Assembly: GCF_009914755.1 (NCBI RefSeq)
Contig: NC_060936.1
Reading direction: 5' to 3' (one strand)
Length of the DNA stretch: 64,000 nucleotides
Source: the human T2T-CHM13v2.0 reference genome, Homo sapiens
Shown here: positions 40,728 through 55,650 of the stretch, piece by piece
Position numbering within the stretch: position 1 is the first letter of the stretch
Layout: the number at the start of each line of letters is the position of its first letter
Translations under genes and position numbers: made by a program
The notes under the pieces: model-generated
The model's database searches: none
Told to the model about the DNA's origin: nothing
Seen by the model: only the letters and a program-made list of their open reading frames with translations

Positions 40728-41817
40728 ACATATATTCTTTACACGGGGGAATCTGTTAACTAAAGTACAGATTGGAGTCAAGAGACTTAAGTGTTATTAT
40801 GGTTTTTGCATGTGATCTGTTTAATAATCCCAATTATTTGATATGTTCTTTTCTGAGCAATAATTTTTTGCCTCTAAATTTAATACCCCAGGACCACAGG
40901 GTGTTAATCCACTGTGGTATTGTTTTTTATTCCATTTTATAATAAAATACATTTTCTATTATGATTACACTTCTCTCTCGTAGAAAGAGAATCTTTGAGT
41001 CAAGACATGGTGTCCATGAAATCCACATTAAACCATACGTGGAGTATGTAACATGTTAATGTATTAGCATCAGTCATAACATAATCAGAGATGGGGTCAT
41101 TGCATTGTAACCAACTAAGAACCAGCTCAGCAGGTAAAAATTGCCAGGAGACTAGAAAGATGGTGGAAATCAGATATGGAGTTGTTTTTCAGAAGACAGA
41201 CTTACAAGAAGGGAATGGGAGGATCCCTGGACAGGAGCAGGAAGACACTGCCCAACCAGCAAGTAGGGAGCCAGCTAATACTGAAGGGGCCTCTAGAGAC
41301 AAATCCCATCTCACAGAATTCTCTGAAGCTGCTGTTGCCCAACTAAATATTTAAACAAAATATTCACGTCCACAGTGAAAAGGACAAAAATTACCAGCCA
41401 CAATATTACATCTCTCTTTTTTTTCTTTCTTATAGCTCTATTTGCAACCTTGGAATTAGATTTGATTCTGACAAGGATATTAGTAGACTGCCTGACTTCT
41501 TAATCTGATAAAAATCATTGGTATTTACTGGGACCTGGATCATTCTGAAAATCAGCAACCTGATCTTTCTTGGTACACTCTGATATCACTGATGAGAAGA
41601 CTTTCTTTTCCTTGAAAGTGCAGACAGTAACAAAGACAGAAAACACTCCAGCCCTCATTGGCGAGCAAATAAATTCAAGGGATCAAGGACAACCTCACTT
41701 CTTTCTCATACAAATCCTTTCCTGCAACACAACACCCCCTTTTTTAAATTGGAAAGACTTAAAGTCAGGGAATAGAAACTTAAGTATAGAAGGCTCACAT
41801 CAAATGTATAAATATGA

Positions 41818-41990
41818 GAGACAACATAGTGTAGTGGTTAGCAGCATAGAATCAGACAGAACTTTGCTGGATCCCCAGTTTCATCACTTATAATCTGTGC
41901 AAATTCAAGTAATCTTGCTGAGCCTCAGTTTTCTTGTCTGTAAAATGGGGATAATAATACTAATTACTTTGTTGAACATAATAAGTATGC
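41818..41990 (+). mobile_element. MIR
   Basis: tagtgtagtggttagcagc...ctgagcctcagttttcttgtctgtaaaatggggataat. Confidence 0.8.
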
Positions 41991-42218
41991 CATGAATTAA
42001 CTGTTAATAGTTTTTTAAATTAAATATTGTTCTACTAGAATCTACTTCTGAGATATACAAGTTTTCTAATAATATAATTATAAAGATAGCTACCATTCAA
42101 AATTTTAAACAAATACATTGTGATCAAGGAACTATAGGTCTATAAGGTATCCAGTGCTGGAACAGGTGCTTTATGAATACAAAAGAATTATAAATTCTAG
42201 CTTTTAGGGAGAAAATAC

Positions 42219-42516
<298 letters not shown>

Positions 42517-43522
42517 TGAAAGACTAACTTATAAATATATAATCATTAGTATACACAAGTGGTATTAAAAACAAAACACTGCAATATTTATTTTACAGCT
42601 CCATCTTTATCGTCAAATCACATGTAAATGGTTATGTAACATAGTACTTAGTTTTCCAATGCCTCGAAACAAGTATAGATGGTAATAAAATAATCTATAA
42701 AACAAAGTCAGAAATTGTGTAAAGTGGTAGCCCATTCAACTTTGCATTTCCTGATTTTACTTTCTTCATTGCACCAGCTGTTGGAGTATCATTTGAACCT
42801 CTGTAATGGGTAACTGAAGAGCTGTCCCTGTGGTGCAGTGAATCCAGGCTGAAAGGGATGAACTCATTTCCATGCTTTCTATGTCAGCTAAATCCTCAAT
42901 GTTGGACAGAAACTCTCAAGCATGGCCAGACTGGAAGAAGGTGATTCTGCTAGCTGATTGGAGTTGAAATGTGCAACTAGACAAAACCCCATGTTCCACT
43001 CCTACAAGGTAGACAACAGAAACAAATTTCCTCTGCTTCCCTTCCTTCCACATCCCTCAAGCCATACTTAGTTATATGATGATATTCAATATCTATTTGG
43101 AAGTAATTATGACCACATTATAAACAACAACAACAAATGTTTATTGGCATCTAGGAACTGCCTTGGCTATCATACTACTTGTAAGGTGAGGAGAGAAAGG
43201 AGCTAGTAGAACTGGATGTTGACACAGGCTTACTTCTATGGCAACATTTTCCTTTTTCCAAAATGAATGCTGGAATTGCCTGACCGCCTGGGAGTTATTT
43301 GTTTCACGGTTCAAAAGTTTGTTTACTGAGCTTTTGTTCTGATAATGATCTGAAAGTGAGTTTTGCTTTGGAATGAATGGCAAGTCTAACTTGAATTTTT
43401 TTATTATTGGAGCTGTGCTGCAAGAGGTCAAAAATGACCATATCACTGATCCATGGAGAAGGACAGAGATACTCTCTTTAGAAGGTTAACCTTATCTACA
43501 GTTTAAAGTAACCTTTTAGGAA

Positions 43523-43543
43523 CACACACACACACACACACAC
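43523..43543 (+). repeat. (CA)n microsatellite
   Basis: Direct reading. Confidence 0.9.
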
Positions 43544-44262
43544 CACTTACTCTATCTTTGTCTACATATTTTGCTTCACTCTACAAAAGTAAAGAGGGGA
43601 GGGTAATTTAAAACAATTAATAATTCTTATCTAAATCAGATCAGTCAATTTTTCCACATCTTTTTACTTTGACAAAGAACGTAACAGTCTTTCCCAAGAG
43701 TAAACAATTTCCAATGAATGCTGGCTCCTTTGGTTAGGACAGTGTAGGGAGATGGGTGTTGGTTACAGAATAACTCAGGTCTTCAGAAGCGTGACTACAT
43801 AATAAGACATGTTTTCAAGGCCAGCTGATGAAATTTCTGTAACTATTTTTGTAGTCAGATCTTCTATTGATATGTCATATCTTTAAGATATTTCATATGT
43901 AAATAAGTCATATTTATTTACATGTGATAATGACTTCAAAATTATTGGCTATTGATGTGCACCATTCCCATATAATAGTTAAAATATTATTTCTGTTAAA
44001 ATAAACACAATGATGCATTCAGAATTTGTATCTTACTGCGGTTTAAATAAAATTTTATATTATTGGTTTAGTGTTCTGACATACAATGCAAGGACATAGC
44101 ATCTGGTCCATTTAAACCCATAAGTGTCTGTACAGCATATTATAATTATATTTTAAAATTATTGTAGGGGAGAAGAGGATCTTAAATCCAAATTTTGAAA
44201 AGAAACTGATTGTGGAATTCTTTATTTATGTTCTCAAAATAATACCTCAGAAGATTTCATGC

Positions 44263-44560
44263 AGCCAGGCATGGTGGCTTATGCCTGTAATTCCAGCACT
44301 TTGAGAAGCTGAGGTGGGAAGATCACTTGAGGCCAGGAGTTCAACACAAGCCTGGGCAACATAGAGAAACCCTGTCTCTGCAAAAAAAAATTTTTTTAAA
44401 TTAGCTGGGCATGGTGCTCTACCCATATAGTCCCAGCTACTTGAGAGGCTGAGGTGGAAGGATAGCTTAAGCCCAAGAGGTCAAAGCTGCAGTGATCATG
44501 CCACTGCACTACAGCCTGGGCGACAGAGCAAGATCCCGTCTCAAGAAAACAAACCAAAAG
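44263..44560 (+). mobile_element. AluJ
   Basis: Full dimer with J-type motifs. Confidence 0.88.
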
Positions 44561-46377
44561 AGATGACACTTTAATGGTTATTCTGGTATCATCTAGGGAT
44601 GAACACACACATGCACAAATTTTAAGTAGGTGATATTTCCCTAAGAGATATTCCTTAAAATAGTTGTCCCATATACATTATTTTGAATAATGTGTTATGT
44701 TTAAATGTTTATTTTCAAATTTACATTTGTATTTATTGATGCTCATCTAGCCTTTCCTTAAAGAACATGGATCACATATCTAGAAAGAAACACTGGTGAG
44801 GAGTAAGCTCCAACATCACGCATGAACTTGCCCTAAAATACTCAGTCTTTCTGATGAAGATTACCTTAAGAAAGTGAAAATACTTTCAAAAGTAATATTT
44901 TTAACCATTAAATGTGACTTTTGGGGGACAATTTTGAAAAAGGTGCTTTCTTTAGCTGCTGAAAGTGGAAAACACCCGCTGAAATTAAGGCTATGACCAT
45001 TTGTCATAATGCAGGCCATACATGGTCACAGCATTTTAAGTGGAAACATACTATGTCTGATAATCTTTCTGTTTTTTTAGAGGTCTTTATATTACTTTTA
45101 CAATAAAAGAAAGAATAATAGAAGCCCAAAAAGTAGCAGTTTTTAAAAACACAAAATTTCTATCTTCTGTTTAAGGATAGGTAAGTGAAGCTATGTTTAA
45201 TAAAGAAAAATATCAAGGAAATATGATCTTACCCAAATTTACATTTGAATTTCTAACTCAGTTAAAAAATACTTCTGTATTCATGCTAAATCCTGGTCTC
45301 AGTGCTAATATTTTAAATACTGGCTTGAAACTACCAATTCTAAAAATGGAAATAGTGTAAGCAATCTCTAATTTCATAAAACATGAGAATGCCCATTGCA
45401 AGGAAAATTCATAATGGTTGTGAGTTATGTTTGTTTTTCTTGTTACTTTTTATTGCTAAAACTCTTTCACCAAGCTAGTATTTCTTTTATGTCCAGGAGG
45501 CAAAAGAGCTTGGCATTCTGTTGAATTTGTTCATCTAAATGTCAACTTTTTAAAAATGGAATGAGGATTTTGTCTTAATATTTTCATTTAAGACTACAAC
45601 TATATGACCTTTAAGATCCTCTCTTACTTTATAATCTCTGATGATTTTATTACACCTTCCCTTAAAATTAATGATAAAAATCTTTACAATCATTCTTAAG
45701 TAATATACATTGTTATATTAGCCTAAGACAGAATATAAAAATATTCTGTCATCAACTATGCCTTTCTGTAAGGATAGTACAGATCTCAGACAGTCTCCAA
45801 AGAAGTTTTCTAGTGTCTTTGAGTTGCTGCCTGAGAAAAAAGGAGCACTGAAAGACTTCTTCTCCAGAGATTACATTCTTGAACCCAAGGCCTTTCCTCC
45901 TTCTTCTTCCCCATCTTTGTGTTACCTCGCTCTTCTGTGAGTATCTCTGAAGTGTGCAATACATGCCCAGCAGGACTGCATAACAATAGAGATAAGACTA
46001 TCTTTGCATTTATAGTAATTCAGTTTGCCAATGTACAGATGCACAGCAGTTTTTGCTTAAATTAGGTTGCTGTTTAGTTTAACTCCTTACTCTGATTCAA
46101 AAACTGTCTCTCAAGGTTCCCTGTTGGGTTTGCTGGCTCATATTTCTCCCTTTGATCCTGGGTTCACTCTGCCTTCCTCACCAGCTCCCAGAACTACCTG
46201 TTTAGTTCCAACTAAAAGTACTCTTACTGCAGTTGCCCAGTGCTGGCTCCGTAGTTCTGTATTCTCTTCAGTCTGCCCATTACTCATCAGCCTTCCACTG
46301 CTCCCTGAATGGGTCTCCTTTCTCCCTGGGCAGCTCTAAACAGTCCTTTTTGCTCTGTTTAATGTTTAACTTTTCAT

Positions 46378-46534
46378 TTTTTTTTTTAGAAGCATTGTCT
46401 TGCTTTGTCACCCAGGCTGGAGTGCAGTGACACAATCCTAGCTCACTGCAGCCTGGAACTCCTGGGCTCAAGTGATCCTCCCACCTTGGCCTCCCAAAGT
46501 GCTGAGATTACAGGCATGAGCCACTGCGCTGGCC
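46378..46534 (-). mobile_element. Alu monomer (FRAM-like)
   Basis: Single antisense monomer with poly-T. Confidence 0.8.
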
Positions 46535-46679
46535 TTCCATTACTTGTATTTACATATCCATACCCATGATTTAAAGAATGCTATCTGTACAGAAATATTA
46601 GCATTCAGTATGATAAATTAAATATGTTTAAAAATACATGTGTTTATAATGACACTTAAAAATGCTCACTACTCACCTT

Positions 46680-47872
46680 TTGGAAACTGGTAACAAAAAG
46701 GAGGGTGAGGGGAGACAGAATCAACCATTTATCATACTTTTCCCATAAGAACCATGTTTCAGCATCACCGAATAGTTGATAAGGGAAGGCTTTTTGGTTT
46801 GTTTTTGTTTTTGTTTTAAAGAGTTGCAGCTAATAAATGCAGAAGGCATAATAGAATTTACATGTCACCATTTTGCAATCCCTAATGAAATAAAGAATTT
46901 GGGCAATGACCCTCAATGGCTTCTAAACCATTAGATAAAAAACTTACTGAGGAATTATATAAAGAATGAATCAAGCTGACAATACCAGAACACACTGATC
47001 AAATTTAACATTACAAGTAGGGAAACAATCATACACTCTATGCCTCATCATATAACGTGAAAGAAAATACACAACACAAACTATTAAATATTTTTATAGA
47101 AAATTGGCTACACAGGAAGCTGAGGCAGGATTGCTTGAGGCCAGGAGGAGTTCAAGGCCACAGTGAGCTATGAATGATCACACCTGTAAATAACCACTGT
47201 ACTCCATCCTAGGAAACACGGAGTGACCCAGTCTCTTTAAAAAAAAAAAAAAGAAAAGAAAAGAAAAAAGAGGATTGAGCAAGATTCTTATTGAGCTCTC
47301 TATCAATTTTATAGGAAATACAGGAGACAGGATATCACAGGAAGGCAATCAGAAAAATTCAGAATGTGGGAAATTTTACAGGACAGATTATCTACTTTTT
47401 TCAACAAATTATGAGAAAGACAAAGAAGAAAAATGTGCGTATATATCAAAGGGAACTTTAGTGACATATTAACGTGTAATGCATGCATTTTGGTTTCTGA
47501 TTTGAACAAAGCAATTGTAAAAAAACGATCTCTTGGGAAACAGAAAAATCTGAAGACTGAATATTGGATAATATTTGATAATATTGAATTATTAATTTGG
47601 GGGTGTGATAATAGCATTGTGAGGTTTTTTTTGAAGAAAGAATCCTTATGGTTAAAAGATATATATAAAATATTCATGGATAAAGTGATGTAAACTCTGG
47701 AATTTGTATAAAAATAAGCCAGGACATGGGAGAAGCAAATGGGGTATAGACAAAAGAAGATTAGCCACGAGTTTTCAATTGTCGAAGCTGGTGATGGCTA
47801 TGTGATGCTTCATTATACTATTCTATCCACTTTTGTATATGTTTAAAATTTTTCATAATAAAATGTTTTAAA
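46680..47872 (+). mobile_element. L1MC-type 3' region containing an Alu monomer (about 47106-47270)
   Basis: gcagctaataaatgcagaaggc...caccattttgcaatccctaatgaaata...ttcattatactattct...cataataaaatgtttt. Confidence 0.7.
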
Positions 47873-48939
47873 GGATTTAGTAACTAATATATTTCTTTGA
47901 AGATGTAATAGGAACTCTACTGTCAAGAGAGAAGCTGATTCCAGAAATGATAGCCTGTGAAGTGGAATCTATTCTATAGGATTGTAGTGATACTCTCAAT
48001 CTACCCTCTTTTCTCCTTTTCTCCCCAAACCTTCAGAAAATCTGGTACTGCCTGTTAAAATGCAGGCATTGAATGACCACAGGAGGGGAAAAAAGGCGTT
48101 TCCTAGGAGAGTAGTGGTTTATCTATTCGTTTTGGAAAATCCCCACTTTGTCCTCACCACTCTAGAGAGGAAAGTGGTGATCCACCCAGGTGAGTTCAAG
48201 CCCCTTTTAATGCCCAGTGAAGCTAGCAAGTGCCCTAGGGCTACCTGTGAAATGATCTTGGAGCCACAGCCATGTCACAGGCTGGTAGTTTCTTGCTAGA
48301 CTGGAGTAAGCTACTGCTATAGGAGCAAGGTTGGAGGAAACTAAGAATAATCTGCAGTCTAAATCAGGAAGTTCAAGACATGGAAAGCACAGTTCTAATC
48401 TTGACCAAAAATGAAAACGAAGTAGATTGGTGGTCAGATGCTACCATGAAGACTTCTCAGGCCCATCAGGACTCGGAGAAGAGGGTCAGGGCCATCTGAT
48501 AACCAGCCTTGGTTGCAGAAAAGGGTTCAGCTCTAAGATAGACTTGGAGTGTAGACCAGGAGTCAGGAACATACACTTTGGAGAAAGGTAGTGATTTAGT
48601 GGAGAGGCTGTAATCCATAGATGATGTGGTCTCCTAGGAGTCTGATGTCACATGCAACCACACCGATCCTGGCAGTAGAAACCACTCAGTAATAGTGGAG
48701 ATGGAATTTGTATGTTGCTTAGTGTTGAAGACCTGTTGCTTTTCCATTGCACACTCTGCCTCCCAGCTCATTGAGCTGACTTGGCATATGGGAGAGTCCT
48801 TGGGCAAGCAGCTCTGTTCTCTCCTCTTGGTGGTGTTCTCATCTTGGCATCCCTCCCAATCCCTGTTAAATGCTAATCCTTTGCTTAGGCAGCAGCAGAA
48901 GAGAGCCAATATGACACAGAAGAAAGAAGAGGGAAGAGC

Positions 48940-49130
48940 CAGTGGGAAAGTCTTGGACTCCGGAGGCAAACTCACCTGGCTCAAATCCTGGTTTTATTTC
49001 TTCCCAGCTCGCCATCTTCTGGCAAATTTCCTGATTTCAGAGGGTTTGTTTTATTGTCTGTAAAATAAGCAGAGCATTATCTACTTTGAAGTATTGTTGG
49101 AAAGGTTAATGTAAAAGGGGCTATGAAATA
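48940..49130 (+). mobile_element. MIR
   Basis: agtgggaaagtcttggactccggaggcaaactcacctggctcaaatcctgg...tctgtaaaata. Confidence 0.65.
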
Positions 49131-50327
49131 TGAAATATTAAAGTAAACAGGAATACCACCTCCTTTATAAACTTGTTTTGGCCACTTGGGGTCCTAGGAA
49201 AAATAGAAACAAGGGACTAGGGGACAGCAGAATCTTAGGAGACTTTAATAGTATTTGGTGTTCCCAGATGCTGAACCTGTCTAAACTTGACCGAGGAAGA
49301 GTGGTTTTCATGAAAACCTTATGAGTCAAATATTACTATACATTGCCCAGTGTTTTAGCAGCAGTAGCCCCATCCCATCATCACAGGAGTAAGGGAGCTG
49401 GAAGGAAGTTTCTTGCTGATGCTTTCTTGTCCAAAGGACTTATTTGTTTTTCTATTCCATGATTTTCAATACTATCAATAGATTGGACATCAGACTTCCA
49501 AGAAGCAAGCCGCCTGAATGACGCACACCAAAACAGTTGATTCCTTTGGGCTAGGGCAAGGATGTCAATCTAAATCAATTAGCTGAAGCATTACATCAGG
49601 GAAAGTCTAAGATGTTTTTTCAAAGAGATCAAAAATTACAGAGAATTAGAGAATAGGGTAATGTGTGAGGAGTTTAATTTCTCTCATACACTGTAGTTCA
49701 TAAGTGAACAGTACAGGTTGAGGGATGGTTCTGCTCTATGTGAGCTGTAGTATGTGGAGATAATAGCAGATAACGGGGGAAGGCAACAGATTTTTAAATC
49801 TTTTGCTCATCTATCATAAAGCTCTTTATGCTTTTTAATATGATTTCTCAATATACAGACATGGCTTACTAAATCTTAACTTTGTTCTTCTTTCCATCCC
49901 ATTCTATATCAAGTATATTGAAGATAGCTAACTACTGATAATTTTATGAAGGAGCTAAAGAAATTTAAATGTGCCAATAATGCTTTACACTTTGCCAGCG
50001 TAAAAAAAAAAATAGCCTTACTTTGCTCTAGAATAGTCTCTAGACTTATTATTGGCTTTGACTCATGGGTTTTATGCATATTTTTAATAGGGGAATCACT
50101 GCACTCGTGTTTAACAGAATAGATCAACATCATTACATTTAATTTTAAATATCTTGTACTAGATTAGCTCTTGAAAACTCTAGATTTTGGCCAGTTCAAA
50201 ACAAAATCACCAATAGGTAAAGATACAGAATTTAAGAAACTAGGGAAAATAAATATTCAGCCCAGTAACCCCTTTAACATCCTTTCAAGATGGTCTTTAA
50301 TCAACAGTCATCAAGAAAAAGTGTCTA

Positions 50328-51061
50328 ACAGTTTGGAGGTTCCTCATAAAACTGAAAATAGAACTACCACATGATCCAGCAATCCCAATACTTGGTATAT
50401 AATATACCCAAACGAAAAGAAATCAGCATATCAAAGAAGTGTCTGCACTCCCATGTTTATTGCAGCATTGTTCACAATAGCCAAAACTTGGAAACAACCT
50501 AAGTGTTCATCAGCAGATGAATGGATGAAGAAAATGTGGTACATATACACAATGGAGTACTATTCAGCCATAAACAAGAATGAGATCCTGTCATTTGCAA
50601 CAACATGGATAGAACTGGAGGTCATTATGTTAAGCGAAATAAGCCAGGCACAGAAAGACAAACATTACATGTTCTCATTTATTTGTGGGATCTAAAAATC
50701 AAAACAATTGAACACATGGAGATAGAGAATACAAGGGTGGTTATTAGAGGCTGGGAAGGGTAGTGGGGGGATGGGAGAAGTGGGGATGGTTAATGGGTAC
50801 CAAAAAATAAAAAGAGTAAATAAGACCTAGTATTGAATAGTACAACATGATAATTACAGTCAATAATAATTTAATTGTACATTTAAAAATAACTAAAAGA
50901 GTATAATAAAATTGTAGCACAAAGGATAAATGCTTGAGGGGATGGATACCCCATTTTCCATAATGTGATTATTACACATTGCATGCCTGTACCAAAATAT
51001 CTCATGTACCACATAAATACATACACATACTATGTACCCACAAATATTAAAAAAAAATTTA
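50328..51061 (+). mobile_element. L1MA/L1PB 3' end
   Basis: ORF2 C-terminus (MFIAALFTIAKTWKQPKC...). TSD AAGAAAAAGTGTCTA/AAGAACAAGTCTCTA at 50313-50327 and 51062-51076. Confidence 0.9.
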
Positions 51062-51135
51062 AAGAACAAGTCTCTAGAAGGTTGCTGTGATTTCGTTGAC
51101 TTTCAAGTTAAGTTGCTAAAAATATTTCTCCTGTA

Positions 51136-51477
51136 TTTGTTTTGTTTGTTTGTTTGTTTTTGTTGGAGACAGAGTTTTCACTCTGTCATCCAGGCTGGAG
51201 TACAGTGGCGTGACCTTGGCTCACTGTAACCTCCACTTCCTGGGTTAAAGCAATTCTCCTGCCCCAGCCTCCCAAGTAGCTGGGATTACAGGTGTACACT
51301 GCCATGCCCGGCTAATTTTTGTTTATTTGTATTTTTTTGTTTTGTTTTGTTTGTTTTAGTAGAGATGGGGTTTTATCATGTTGGCCAGGCTGGTCTCAAA
51401 CTCCTGACCTCAAGTGATCTGCCCACCTTGGCCTCCCAAAGTGTTAGGATTACAGGCATGAGCCACTGCTCCCAGTC
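51136..51477 (-). mobile_element. AluS
   Basis: Antisense dimer with an expanded T-rich linker. Confidence 0.9.
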
Positions 51478-51754
51478 TGTTGTTTTTACTTTATAAATAC
51501 TTGTGTGTTATCAAAAAACCATATTAGGCCCTCCTCTAACATTAATCTTCCAAAGCCATTCTTTGGTACAAGTAATTAAGACTTCTCTTTTTCCTGGGCT
51601 TATGGGACTTATTTCAGATCTACTGAATAATTTTTATTATGATTAGATTGGATGGGTTTACACTACTATTCCTTAGTGACAAAACCTTATGGAATATATT
51701 TTTCCACTAATTGCATGATCCCCAAATAGCCCAATGAATAAAGAAACATTAGTT

Positions 51755-52061
51755 GGTCAGGCACGGTGGCTCACGCCTGTAATTCCAGCACTTTGGGAGA
51801 CCAAGATGGGCAGATCGCCTGAGGTCAGGAGTTTGAGACCAGTCTGGCCAACATGGTGAAACCCCGTCTCTACTAAAAATACAAAAATTAGCTGGGAGTG
51901 GTGGCGGGCGCCTGTAATTTCAGTACTCGGGAGGCTGGGCAGGGAGAATCGCCTGAACCCGGGAGGCAGAGGTTGCGGTGAGCCAAGATCATGCCATTGC
52001 ACTGCCGACTGGGCGGCAAGAGCGGAACTCCATCTCAAAAAAAAAAAAAAAAAAAAGAAAG
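51755..52061 (+). mobile_element. AluS
   Basis: Perfect TSD AAAGAAACATTAGTT at 51740-51754 and 52062-52076. Confidence 0.93.
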
Positions 52062-52619
52062 AAAGAAACATTAGTTATCTCGGCATTTTGTCTTCCCAAC
52101 ACAAAATATCAGGTAAAGGGTTTCATCTGGAAAACTAAAATTTTCCCCACCTCTTACCTCATAGGTGATGCCTTGTAGACACAGCTTTGGACAGTAGATG
52201 GAATGAAACGTCAGACTGGAAGGATCATGCTAGTTTCCCTGAATTCTGGTCAATGTCCCAAGATTGAAATGAGTTGTTCCTAGAGCTGTGGGAGTGGATA
52301 TCTGAAATTACTTCTTTAAAAGCTGCAGGAGGCTTTGGGACTATGAAATGGTAAAATGAAATGGTAAAATGTCAACTTGCAGGAAATTAAACGTTTCAAA
52401 TCCTGAGCTTGACCTTGGAAAATGTTGATTCCTGAGCAACTACAGGAAGGAAAATCACAGCCACAGTGGACTCGGGCAAAGAAGGTCATCTAAACACAAA
52501 GCCTAAGAGCTCTCCCAAACAGTAGAATGCTGGAATAAGGAAAAAACAGGACAAATAGGTCTTAACTCCAGTGCTACTGGATCCTGGTCACTCAAATTCT
52601 CTAAAAGCCATTGAGCCCA

Positions 52620-52835
52620 TATAATATAGTGATTTAGCATCTGGGCTCTGGACAGTCTCGGTTTCTAGTGCTGGTTCTATCATTTACCACTGTGTGACCT
52701 CAAACTCTCTACGCCTCATCTGTAAAATGGGGCTAGCAATAGAACCTAACACTCAGGATTGTTGTGAAGAATCAGTGAGTGAATATGTGTACACTTGGCA
52801 CATAGTAAATGCTCAATAATAGAGCTCCTGTTACT
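52620..52835 (+). mobile_element. MIR
   Basis: ctgtgtgacct...cctcatctgtaaaatgggg...ggcacatagtaaatgctcaataa. Confidence 0.8.
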
Positions 52836-55334
52836 ATTCCCATGAGCTGCTGTGAGAACACCTGAGATAAAAGATGTGAACATGCTGTGAAGAACACAAA
52901 TGGCCACACAAATTCAAGGTGTTGCTAGTTTGTTTAGTTTTCCAGTAGACCTACCTTGGTAGCTCACCAGAGATCTGGATGAAATCTCAAATTGTATTGG
53001 GAAAGAGTATGCCTTCTATAATCCTGGTAGTACCTGCAACTTGTGTTTCCAAAAGTTATTTCTTCTTTGTATGTGTCTGGTGAGATGAAGGCCTAATGCT
53101 GCTGGCAGCCATGCCCCTAGCCTGAATCATTATCAATTATTTTAATAAGGCACAGATCCATTCCTCACCCTTGCAATTGAGAAATGCTGGAAAGGACACA
53201 GGAGTAAGAGAGTTATATTCCTTACTTCTTCCTTATTCTACCTTAGACCCTACCCCTCTTAGGTTCTCTGGCCAGTTGATTAGCTATACTTTCAGTCATT
53301 CCATAGATTTATGATGCCTATTCTTACATAATCTAAATGACAGAACCAGCACTAGAAACCTAGACCGTCCTAGTCAGGAGTTACAAAGACCAGCTTTCTG
53401 CCTGTGCAGAGATTAAACCTAGTATATGGGGAATTGGACCATTAATTTGGGTGGTTTAATTTGAAATGAAGTGGATTCTGCTACTTGAGAAATATTCTTG
53501 GAAGGAAAACAAAAACCCAAACATTCTACTCACTGTGAGAGTGTAGAACAGTGTAAAAGAATGGGCTTATAATTTGGGAGATGCTTTGAGTTTCTGCATG
53601 AAAGATGTTATCAGAATCCAAGAATTTTTGCTACTCAATAGCAATCCTATCAGAAGGCAGGCTTTTTCCCAAGGCCTGGTGGCATCAACCAGCTTAGAGT
53701 CCAGAGAAAAAAGCATTAGAAACAAGTTTTCTGGATGAAATGACACATGGAGTTATATAGAGTTAGCAAAATACATGATATTTTGAAAAGTACTCCTGAA
53801 GCCGAGCTCCGGCTTAAGAGAAGAAATCAACAATGAGTAAGATTCTATGGAAGGAATTCTGAAGAGTTCTGAGAATATTTTCCTTTTCTCTTAACATGGA
53901 TGACCTTGTGTGTGTATATACTATCATTGACTTCAGTAAACATTTATTGAGTGACTACTTAGTCAACAAAATAAATGTACTCCCCTATCTGTATCCCTGT
54001 AAAACACTCATCCTCTTGCAGTCTCTGGGGAAATCTCAGCAGAGGGGCATTTTGCTCAACTTAATCCTCAGAGAAAATCTGAAGATGCCCTCATGTACTT
54101 TCTTGCCCAAGAAAGGCACTGTCTAGCAGCTTACATCCCTTTTGGCCTGATGACTAAATCACAGCAAAAATGGCCCATATCCTTCTACACTGCCTTCTCC
54201 TGCAGTCCTCTAAAGGGGAAGAGATGATGGATAGGGAAATGTTGGGCTGTGTGTAGGAAGAGATCTTTATTCTGTTTTTAAATTGTCCCTCAACTCTCCA
54301 GTACCATGTCACAGGTGAAGATGAGTAGGTGGACAAAAATCTGTTGATTGGAACGTATTTGTACCTGTTTGCAAAGCATTAGGAAAAGTACATTTTGATC
54401 ATGAACTGCAATAATTAGCAGCAAGCATTACACTCATTGTTAATGTTGCCTCTATTCCAGGCAGAGGTCAACATTGCCTCATGAATGAGTGACTCAGCAT
54501 TACAAAATAGTGAGGTGTCTCCTCTGCAATTAAATTTGGCCTTCTCTGAAGTAAAGAAAACAAAGTCCTCAGTAGGAAAGCAAGGTTGGAGAGTAATTTG
54601 GCAGGATATCGTAGTGATTATCACTATTTCATAATCCTTGTGGTGGAAACTGCTAATTGTCAACCAAAATCTTCTCTCCTTTTCCTCTGGGCATATGCCA
54701 CATGCCACCCTAAGATTGCATTTTCCTAACTCCTTTGAGACCAGATACAGTCATGGGACTATATTCTCAAAAAGGGAATGTGAATACGGTACAACTCCTG
54801 GATCCTTTGCTTAAAATGAAACTGATGCTCTGAATCTGGTTTCTCTTACACCCTAATATATCCAGGATTCATTTTTGACCACACAGATGAGGACAGGGCT
54901 CCTTCTGGGGGGTTGCCAGAGTAACAAAATGAGAGAAACAAGAGTACTTGAATGTCCATGTAAATTCAAGCCACCCCTGAACCTGCTGTGCTCACTTAAG
55001 GACTGTAATTCAGGAGGGAAATACATTTCTCATGCATTAGATTATTCTCAATTCTCTCTATTTTTGGATCTCTTTGAGAAAGCATCTTTGACTTTACCCT
55101 GATGCAATATATTTTTATGTAATATAGTCATGCACTGAAGAACAACTTTTCGCTCAGTGATGGATCACATAAACTATGATAGTCCTGTAAGATTATAATG
55201 GAGCTGAAAAATTCCTATTGCCTAGTGACATTGTAACCATCATAATGTTGTAGTGCAATACATTGCTTATGGGTTTATGGTGATGCTTTGCAAACAAACC
55301 TACTGTGCTGCCAGTCATATAAAGGTATAACACA

Positions 55335-55650
<316 letters not shown>

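Noticed and set aside
46757-46778. REST/RE1-like ttcagcatcaccgaatag
   Set aside because: Several core mismatches, and it lies inside an L1MC.
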